Below the pieces are notes generated by a model that searched no databases, was not told where the DNA came from, and saw nothing but the letters and a program-made list of their open reading frames with translations. From assembly GCA_900315195.1 (NCBI GenBank), contig OMYD01000001.1:2338-66337 (forward strand): a stretch of DNA of 64,000 nucleotides, read 5' to 3'. This document shows, piece after piece, positions 57,237 through 64,000 of this stretch (the stretch's first letter is position 1; each line of letters starts with the position of its first letter). The position numbers and the translations under genes are program-made. Origin of the DNA: an uncultured Eubacteriales bacterium (lineage in GTDB: Bacteria > Bacillota > Clostridia > Oscillospirales > Acutalibacteraceae).

Positions 57237-57827
57237 ATGTTTGGCAAAAGAATTACGGGACCTGTTGAGTATCTGATTGTCGGCTTGGGCAACCCCGACA
57301 AAAAGTATGAAAACACCCGCCACAACTGCGGCTGGCTGGCGCTCGATTACATCGCCGACAAGCTGGGCGTAAGAGTGAATAAAATAAAATACAAAAGCTT
57401 TGTGGGCGAGGCTGAGATAAACGGCAAAAAGGCGCTGTTTATGAAGCCCACCACCTACATGAACAACAGCGGTCAGGCGGTTACTGAAGCGATGAGCTTC
57501 TACAAAATCAAGCCCGAAAACGTCATAGTCATCTTCGACGACGTATCGCTTGACGTCGGCAAAATGCGGATACGTCAAAAGGGAAGCGACGGCGGTCAGA
57601 AGGGTATGCGCAGCATTATTTACCTGAGCGGCAGCGACGCCTTTCCGAGAATAAAAATCGGAATCGGCGCAAAGCCGAACCCCAACTGGGACTTGGCTGA
57701 CTGGGTGCTTTCAAAATTCACCGACGACGAGCGCAAAACGCTTGAAAAGATGTTTGAAAACGCGTATGAGGCGGTTAAGCTGATTACGGACGGCAAAATC
57801 GACAGGGCAATGAATCTTTATAATTGA
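57237..57827 (+). CDS. pth: peptidyl-tRNA hydrolase
   Basis: LIVGLGNP..Y.NTRHN.G, KPTTYMNNSG, RIKIGIG. Confidence 0.96.
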   Translation: MFGKRITGPVEYLIVGLGNPDKKYENTRHNCGWLALDYIADKLGVRVNKIKYKSFVGEAEINGKKALFMKPTTYMNNSGQAVTEAMSFYKIKPENVIVIFDDVSLDVGKMRIRQKGSDGGQKGMRSIIYLSGSDAFPRIKIGIGAKPNPNWDLADWVLSKFTDDERKTLEKMFENAYEAVKLITDGKIDRAMNLYN

Positions 57828-57938
57828 CAGAGTTGAAAGCCCGTTGCCACGGGATGGCAGTACGCGAATCAAATGTTAGTTATTTACAAAACTTCCTAGC
57901 CCGCGAGAAACTACCTAACGTTAAATCGACGTTTTGGA

Positions 57939-57963
57939 GGCGCACACATGGGTGCGCCCCTAC
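57939..57963 (-). repeat. single GTAG-type REP
   Basis: GTAGGGGCGCACCCATGTGTGCGCC on the - strand. Confidence 0.7.
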
Positions 57964-57983
57964 AAAAAAACATAAGGTATGAT

Positions 57984-60900
57984 ATGAACAAAACTAATTA
58001 TCTTCCCGAGGTTTTCGGGCGCAACAGCGCCTTTCAGAATCTTCTGAAAAACTCAAAAACGGGAAAATCACTTTGCGTTTCGGGGCTTTTCCCCGTCGCT
58101 AAGGCAAATATAATAAACGCTTTATGCCGCGCCAAAAAGAAACCGGCGCTGTGCATCGCCTCCGATGAGCGTGAAGCTCAGACCCTGTGCAACGATTTGT
58201 GCTGCATGGGGCTTTCGGCGCATGTGTACCCGGTACGCGACTACAACTTCCTTGAGGAAATAAGCAGCCGCTCCCACGAGTATGAGCACCAGCGCTTAAA
58301 GGTGCTGCTAAAGCTTATCGATGGCGAGTGCGACGTGGCGATTGCCTGCGTTGACGCGGCGTGTCAGCTGACCGTCCCGAAAAAAGTTTTGAGCGGCACT
58401 GTGCTGGAACTTGCCGAGGGCAAAGAAATTCCGATTGAAAAGGCGGTGCGCACGCTCACCTTGCTCGGTTACGAGCGCTTTGACGCGGTTGACGGCAACG
58501 GCCAATTCTCGCTTAGAGGCGGAATTCTGGACTTTTTCATGCCCGACAGCGAGTATCCCGTGCGCGCAGAGTTCTGGGGCGACGAGATATGCGACCTGAG
58601 CTATTTTGATTTGGAAACCCAGCGCCGCTTTAAAAAGGCGGGCACAATCCGCCTTACGCCGTCAACGGAAATCATCATTGAGGACAGGGCGGCTCTCGCG
58701 GAAAAAATCACTCACAAGGCAGGTCTTTTGCGCGGCAAAACAGCCGCCAAGGCAAAAGAGCGGCTTTACGGCGAGGCCGAAAGACTGCGCTCTGGCGCGG
58801 TTTTAGCAAACGCCGATAAATTTATAAATCAAATATACGACAAGCCAGAGTGTCTGTTTGACTACATAAGCCGCGACAGTCTGCTGTTTGTCAGCGAATT
58901 CTCAAATGTGCGCGACCGCGGCAAGGCTATGGACTACCAAAACTCAGAACAGCTTACTCAGGGCTTTAAGGACGGCGTTCTGGCGCGCGGCTTCGACCGC
59001 TTTTCGATGACTTTTAACGAATGCTCCGAATTCCTAGCGGCTCACGGCACAATCGTGCTGGAGAGCTTTGTGCACGGCAGCATTCCCCTGCCGCTCAGCG
59101 ACATAATAAGCTTTTCGGCAAAACAGCTCAGCCAGTGGAACGGCTCTTACAAGCAGCTCACCGAGGATTTGCGCGGACTTTACACGCCTGATTCATGCGG
59201 TGTTGTGCTGGCAGGCACAGGCAAGGCGGCAAACAACCTGGTTGAAAGCCTTAAATCCGACGGCTATAAAGCCGAATACACAAAAGCTCTGCCCAAGGCC
59301 GAGCGCGGCTTGATTTATGTAATGGAAGGCGCTTTGAGCGCGGGATTTGAACTGCCCTCGGAAAAGTTTTTCCTGATAAGCTACGGGCAGGCGGCTTACC
59401 GCCCCGAAAAAAAACGCAAGCGCAAAAAGGAAGGGCAGGAAATATACAGCCTGTCGGAGCTTTCCGCGGGCGATTACGTTGTTCACAGCGTACACGGAAT
59501 AGGCGTTTTCGGCGGAATAAGGAAAATAGACACCCACGGAATTACAAAAGACTATATAAAAATCGACTATGCCAAGGGCGATGTGCTTTATGTCCCCGTC
59601 ACCCAGCTTGACATGGTAGCAAAATACATCGGCGCTCAGGAAAACAGCCGCGTAAAGCTCAGCCGCCTTGGCTCGGGCGACTGGCAAAAAGCAAAGGCCC
59701 GCGTAAAATCGTCCGTAAAGGATATTGCCAAGGAGCTGACCGCGCTTTACTCGGCGCGAATGAAGGCAAAGGGCTACGCTTTCTCGCGCGATAACGAATG
59801 GCAGCGCGATTTTGAGGCAAAATTTGAGTATGAGGAAACTCCCGACCAGCTGACCTGCGCCCGTGAAATAAAGCGTGACATGGAGCGCACAGCGCCAATG
59901 GACAGACTTTTATGCGGCGACGTAGGCTTCGGAAAAACCGAGGTCGCGCTGAGGGCGGCGTTCAAATGCGTGTCCGACAGCAAGCAGTGCGCGCTGCTCT
60001 GCCCCACCACAATTCTCGCGTGGCAGCACTACCAGACCGTATGCAAGCGGTTTGAGGGCTATCCTGTCCGCGTTGAGCTGCTCTCGCGCTTCAGAACCGC
60101 CAAACAGCAAAAGGAAATTCTCGAAAAGCTCAGACGCGGCGAGGTGGACATGGTTGTGGGCACTCACCGCCTTGTGCAGAAGGATGTTGTGTTCCGCGAT
60201 TTGGGGCTTGCGATTATCGACGAGGAACAGCGATTCGGCGTTCAGCAAAAGGAGCGCTTCAAGGAGCTTGTAAAGAATGTAGATGTTCTTACCCTCTCAG
60301 CCACGCCGATTCCGCGAACCCTCAACATGGCAATGAGCGGCCTGCGAGACATGAGCGTGCTTGAGGAGGCTCCGCTGAACCGCCAGCCCGTGCAGACCTA
60401 TGTATTAGAGCACGACGAGGCGGTAATAAACGAGGCGATAAGGCGCGAGCTCAGGCGCGGCGGTCAGGTGTTTTACCTGCATAACAACGTTGAATCCATC
60501 AGCGGAACAGCAAACAGGATTCTTGAGGCGATTCCCGAGGCGAGGATCGCCATAGGCCACGGCAAGATGAACGAGCAGGAGCTCAGCGAGGTCTGGCGTC
60601 AGATGCTGGCTCAGGAGGTTGATGTGCTTGTATGCACAACCATCATCGAAACGGGCGTTGATTTGCCTAATGCCAACACCCTTATTATTGAAAACGCCGA
60701 CTGCATGGGACTTTCGCAGCTTCATCAGCTCAGGGGCAGAGTGGGCAGAAGCGCGCGCCGCGCCTACGCTTACTTTACCTTCCGCCGCAGCAAGGTTCTA
60801 AGCGAGATACAGCAAAAGCGCCTTGAGGCGATAAGAGAATTCACCGAGTTCGGCAGCGGCTTTAAAATAGCCATGCGCGACCTTGAGCTAAGAGGCGCGG

Positions 60901-61448
60901 GCAACATTATGGGCGCTCAGCAGCACGGCCACATGGAGAGCGTGGGCTATGACATGTACCTTAAACTTCTGGGCGAGGCTGTAAGCGAGGAACGCGGCGA
61001 AACGCCCAAGACCGACAGCCTTGACTGCCTTATCGATATCTCGGTTGACGCTCATATTCCCGAAGATTATGTTGAGAGCCTGACCCTCAGGCTCGACGTT
61101 TACAGGCGTATTGCCGACATAAGAAGCATTGAGGACAGCGAGGACGTAAAAGACGAGCTCTGGGACCGCTTCGGCAGGATCCCTAAGTCGGTGCTGGGCC
61201 TTATAGACATAGCGCTGATACGCAACAAGGCGCACGCTATGGGCGTTTATGAGATTCGCCAGAACGAGAACGCGATTCTGCTTTACGTCAAAGAGATCAA
61301 GTCACCCGCCGTAGCTGATTTGCTTATTGCTCTTAACGGCAAGGCGTCCCTTAACGCGGGTACAAAACCTTTCTTATCGGTTAAATGTCCGGGCGGCTCG
61401 CAAGCTATTCCATTATTGAAGCGAATTTTTGGTATAAGCCGCAAATAA
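57984..61448 (+). CDS. mfd: transcription-repair coupling factor
   Basis: GDYVVH..HGIG, GDVGFGKTEVA, DEEQRFG, SATPIPRTL, QLRGRVGR, DLELRGAGN. Confidence 0.97.
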   Translation: MNKTNYLPEVFGRNSAFQNLLKNSKTGKSLCVSGLFPVAKANIINALCRAKKKPALCIASDEREAQTLCNDLCCMGLSAHVYPVRDYNFLEEISSRSHEYEHQRLKVLLKLIDGECDVAIACVDAACQLTVPKKVLSGTVLELAEGKEIPIEKAVRTLTLLGYERFDAVDGNGQFSLRGGILDFFMPDSEYPVRAEFWGDEICDLSYFDLETQRRFKKAGTIRLTPSTEIIIEDRAALAEKITHKAGLLRGKTAAKAKERLYGEAERLRSGAVLANADKFINQIYDKPECLFDYISRDSLLFVSEFSNVRDRGKAMDYQNSEQLTQGFKDGVLARGFDRFSMTFNECSEFLAAHGTIVLESFVHGSIPLPLSDIISFSAKQLSQWNGSYKQLTEDLRGLYTPDSCGVVLAGTGKAANNLVESLKSDGYKAEYTKALPKAERGLIYVMEGALSAGFELPSEKFFLISYGQAAYRPEKKRKRKKEGQEIYSLSELSAGDYVVHSVHGIGVFGGIRKIDTHGITKDYIKIDYAKGDVLYVPVTQLDMVAKYIGAQENSRVKLSRLGSGDWQKAKARVKSSVKDIAKELTALYSARMKAKGYAFSRDNEWQRDFEAKFEYEETPDQLTCAREIKRDMERTAPMDRLLCGDVGFGKTEVALRAAFKCVSDSKQCALLCPTTILAWQHYQTVCKRFEGYPVRVELLSRFRTAKQQKEILEKLRRGEVDMVVGTHRLVQKDVVFRDLGLAIIDEEQRFGVQQKERFKELVKNVDVLTLSATPIPRTLNMAMSGLRDMSVLEEAPLNRQPVQTYVLEHDEAVINEAIRRELRRGGQVFYLHNNVESISGTANRILEAIPEARIAIGHGKMNEQELSEVWRQMLAQEVDVLVCTTIIETGVDLPNANTLIIENADCMGLSQLHQLRGRVGRSARRAYAYFTFRRSKVLSEIQQKRLEAIREFTEFGSGFKIAMRDLELRGAGNIMGAQQHGHMESVGYDMYLKLLGEAVSEERGETPKTDSLDCLIDISVDAHIPEDYVESLTLRLDVYRRIADIRSIEDSEDVKDELWDRFGRIPKSVLGLIDIALIRNKAHAMGVYEIRQNENAILLYVKEIKSPAVADLLIALNGKASLNAGTKPFLSVKCPGGSQAIPLLKRIFGISRK

Positions 61449-61577
61449 TGTAAAAGTTTTTTGCCGAGACAGCATAAAAATTTTGATAAAATATAGACAT
61501 TTGCGAAAAAAATGTGTATAATTATATGGTACGCACCCAGACACATGGGCAATTATCTAATAAGGATGGTATAAACT

Positions 61578-62771
61578 ATGAAACCGACAGTAAAAGTTCT
61601 TTCTCTGTTGCTTGCTGTGATGATGCTGTTTACGGCAATTGCTTCAGGCTGCACATTTAGCAAAGAATGGTGCTACAAAACTGACGATGACAAGCTTGCA
61701 ATCGGCGTATATATTTACGCGCTCTATAACGCATACAACCGCGCACAGTCTTATGCCGAAAAGCTCGATGACTATGATCCCACAAAGGATTCATGGCTTG
61801 ACATGGAAATTACCGACGACGACGGCAACAAAGAGGTTGCCAGCAAGTGGATTAAAGAGCAGGCTGAGGAAAGCTGCCTTGAGCTGCTCGCGCTTGAGAC
61901 TGAAATGAAGAAACTTGACGCGTCTGCCGATTCCGCTACTCTTAAGCAGCTTGAAACCGACGCCGAGTCAAACTGGTACTTCGGCACTACCAACACCGAA
62001 TACCTGCAGTACTATTCATTTACTCCCATGAAGGATACACTTGAGCCCAAGGGTGTTTCGCTTGAGAGCTTTAAGCGCTTTGCCGCAACCTTCGCCGCTA
62101 ACTGCGAGAAGATGTTTGCGCTGCTTTACCTCAAGGGCGGTTCTCAGGAGGTTTCCAAGGAAGAAATAACAAAGTACTTTGAGGAAAACTACGTTAAATA
62201 TTCCTATCTGCCTGTTCCGCTGTACACATCAACTACAGACGAAAAAACTCAGCAGTCCAAGAATGTTGCGTATGATGACGCTAAAATCAAGGAAATCACA
62301 AATGCGCTTGACGAATACGCCAAAAAGGTCAATGATACCAAAGACACTTCCAAAGCTGCTGAAACCTCGGAGAAGCTTCTTAAAGAGTATGTAGCGGCTA
62401 ACGGCATGGAAGAAAGCTCCATCGCGACAAGCACAGGCATCCGCAACGAAACAAATGTTGATAAAGAAGTTGACAAGGTTATCGCTGAGCTCGGCGAAGG
62501 CAAGGCAAAAACCATCAAGGTCGGTAAAGGCGAAAACGCTAACTACTATTATGTATTCCGCTATAACATGCAGGCCGCGAAGGATGATTACCTTACCCCC
62601 GGAACCAACGATGATACTATTATAAGCAAAATGAAACAAAAAGATTTCCAGAAATATCTTAAAGATTTGGCGGCAGACCTCAAGCACGACAGGAGCAATT
62701 CGGTCGATAGCTACAAGCCCGGTATGTTCTTTGTCGCGAAGGAGCCTGAAACTACAGCCGCCTCAACGTAA
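61578..62771 (+). CDS. lipoprotein, possibly a divergent PrsA-like foldase
   Basis: lipobox ASGC; helical; follows mfd, where Clostridia often carry a foldase; no clear parvulin motif. Confidence 0.55.
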   Translation: MKPTVKVLSLLLAVMMLFTAIASGCTFSKEWCYKTDDDKLAIGVYIYALYNAYNRAQSYAEKLDDYDPTKDSWLDMEITDDDGNKEVASKWIKEQAEESCLELLALETEMKKLDASADSATLKQLETDAESNWYFGTTNTEYLQYYSFTPMKDTLEPKGVSLESFKRFAATFAANCEKMFALLYLKGGSQEVSKEEITKYFEENYVKYSYLPVPLYTSTTDEKTQQSKNVAYDDAKIKEITNALDEYAKKVNDTKDTSKAAETSEKLLKEYVAANGMEESSIATSTGIRNETNVDKEVDKVIAELGEGKAKTIKVGKGENANYYYVFRYNMQAAKDDYLTPGTNDDTIISKMKQKDFQKYLKDLAADLKHDRSNSVDSYKPGMFFVAKEPETTAAST

Positions 62772-62805
62772 GGCATTTAAAATGCCTTGAAAGGAAGGTG
62801 TTTGA

Positions 62806-63648
62806 ATGAACAGACATTCAAGGTTTACAGCGGCACTTTTATGCATTTTCTTTGCGCTTGCATCAGCGTGCACACTCAGCGTTTATGCTGACAACGAAGA
62901 CGGAAACCCCGACGACGGTCAGTCAAGCTACGCCGAGCCAAGCGAAGGCGGCGGCGGTCAGTCAAGCTACGACGACGGTCAGTCAAGCTACGCCGAGCCA
63001 AGTGAAGGCGGCGGTCAGTCGAGCTACGACGATGGCGGAGGCGGACAAACAAGTTATGACGACGGCGGCGGCCAGACAAGCTACGACGGCGGCGGCCAGA
63101 CAAGCTACAGCGGCGGCGGATCAGGCGGCGGCACATATTATGGCGATGACGGTAAAGAGTATTCTACTCCCGAAGATGTTTATGTAGGCGGCGATCAGAC
63201 TTATACACCGCCCGCAAGCACTCCTTCAACTACAGCAGCTCTATATGACACATCAAAAGAAAAGTTTGATGATAAAACACTGTCAAAGAACGACTGGAAA
63301 AGCATTAAAGATAAGCTTAGTAACTCCAACGCGTCAGAGATTAACAGCGGAGTCGTGGACTTTTCTGATATGCAGGAGGTTGCCTCTGAGGAGAATAACG
63401 GTCACTGGCTTTTGATCATAGGAATCGCCTTAACTTTGCTTAGCCTTGCCGGATTTGGATATTATATTTATTCATCCGTTTCAAGACGCAAAAAAACCGC
63501 TCCCGTTAAATCAGGAGCAGAAAAACACAGCGGCGGCAGATACCGTGACGAGAATGACGATTACGACGATGAATTCTCAACAGGCGAGAAACATGTCAAA
63601 TCAAAAATTAAAAACGATAAACCTAAAAACGGCACACGCTATAAATAA
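62806..63648 (+). CDS. membrane-anchored protein with Gly/Ser/Asp-rich repeats
   Basis: signal peptide, (GG)GQ[S/T]SY repeats, single TM, charged tail. Confidence 0.75.
   Translation: MNRHSRFTAALLCIFFALASACTLSVYADNEDGNPDDGQSSYAEPSEGGGGQSSYDDGQSSYAEPSEGGGQSSYDDGGGGQTSYDDGGGQTSYDGGGQTSYSGGGSGGGTYYGDDGKEYSTPEDVYVGGDQTYTPPASTPSTTAALYDTSKEKFDDKTLSKNDWKSIKDKLSNSNASEINSGVVDFSDMQEVASEENNGHWLLIIGIALTLLSLAGFGYYIYSSVSRRKKTAPVKSGAEKHSGGRYRDENDDYDDEFSTGEKHVKSKIKNDKPKNGTRYK
62911..63120 (+). repeat. intragenic tandem repeats encoding GQSSY/GQTSY units
   Basis: seven GQ[S/T]SY units, including two 60-nt near-duplicates GACGACGGTCAGTCAAGCTACGCCGAGCCAAG... Confidence 0.85.
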
Positions 63649-63652
63649 TTAT

Positions 63653-63684
63653 AAACCACCGGCTTTAATGGCCGGTGGTTTTTT
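63653..63684 (+). terminator. intrinsic terminator
   Basis: AAACCACCGGC-TTTAATG-GCCGGTGGTTTTTT. Confidence 0.85.
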
Positions 63685-63729
63685 CTGTTATACTCTATTT
63701 ATAATCAAAACGCTTAAAAATAGATGTGA

Positions 63730-63918
63730 GCGAAAAATTTAGCAGAACAAGGCGGTGTACGCCGCAAGACCTGCGCCATAATGCGGGGTCCCAAAAGTAC
63801 CTGCGCTTTGGGAAAGGAGGAGCCGCCACGAGAGCACGAGGCTGGTCATGCCTAAAACCCCTCAGTGAGGACGGCGCGCGACGACGCGATGACAATGCTG
63901 TTATGCGGAATTTTACGC
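63730..63918. repeat. GC-rich intergenic element with imperfect terminal inverted repeats (MITE/REPIN-like)
   Basis: GCGAAAAATTTAGCAGAACA at left versus TGTTATGCGGAATTTTACGC at right; internal hairpins GGCG-GTGTA-CGCC and TCCCAAA...TTTGGGA; AT-rich flanks. Confidence 0.5.
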
Positions 63919-64000
63919 AACATATGTAAACACGTTTTATTTGATGATAGTATTAATCCTATTTTGATATTCAACAAGTACAAAACAACCCCCGAGGCAA

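Overview
Chromosomal window from a Ruminococcus-like (Oscillospiraceae) Firmicute, judged from dockerin proteins, class B sortase and gene order. Housekeeping blocks are the aro operon, acpP, mgtE, htrA, fba, nadA-mnmA, ppdK and glmU'-prs-pth-mfd. Four accessory-looking parts lie between them. (1) A compact ~10.5 kb, 17-gene PBSX-like virion-morphogenesis operon (24523-35000): terminases, portal, protease, capsid, neck and contractile-type baseplate. It has no recognisable integrase, replication, lysis, sheath, tape-measure or fibre gene, so it is the best candidate here for a domesticated gene-transfer-agent-like system. (2) A 1.26 kb phage minor-capsid/JAB-toxin fragment bracketed by an 80-bp duplication of a host gene 3' end. 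(3) A tandem array of five genes sharing an N-terminal MRCxxC...CPxCG zinc ribbon fused to different cargo (kinases, signal peptidase, L,D-transpeptidase-like domain), with frameshifts and a 229-bp duplication. (4) A tiny SPKTG sortase substrate next to srtB and an LCP gene. Non-coding signals include a leader-peptide/attenuator before mgtE, GTAG REPs, and an ATGAATT-hairpin inverted array between prs and pth. No rRNA, tRNA or CRISPR was seen. All calls are by eye; no database search was run.
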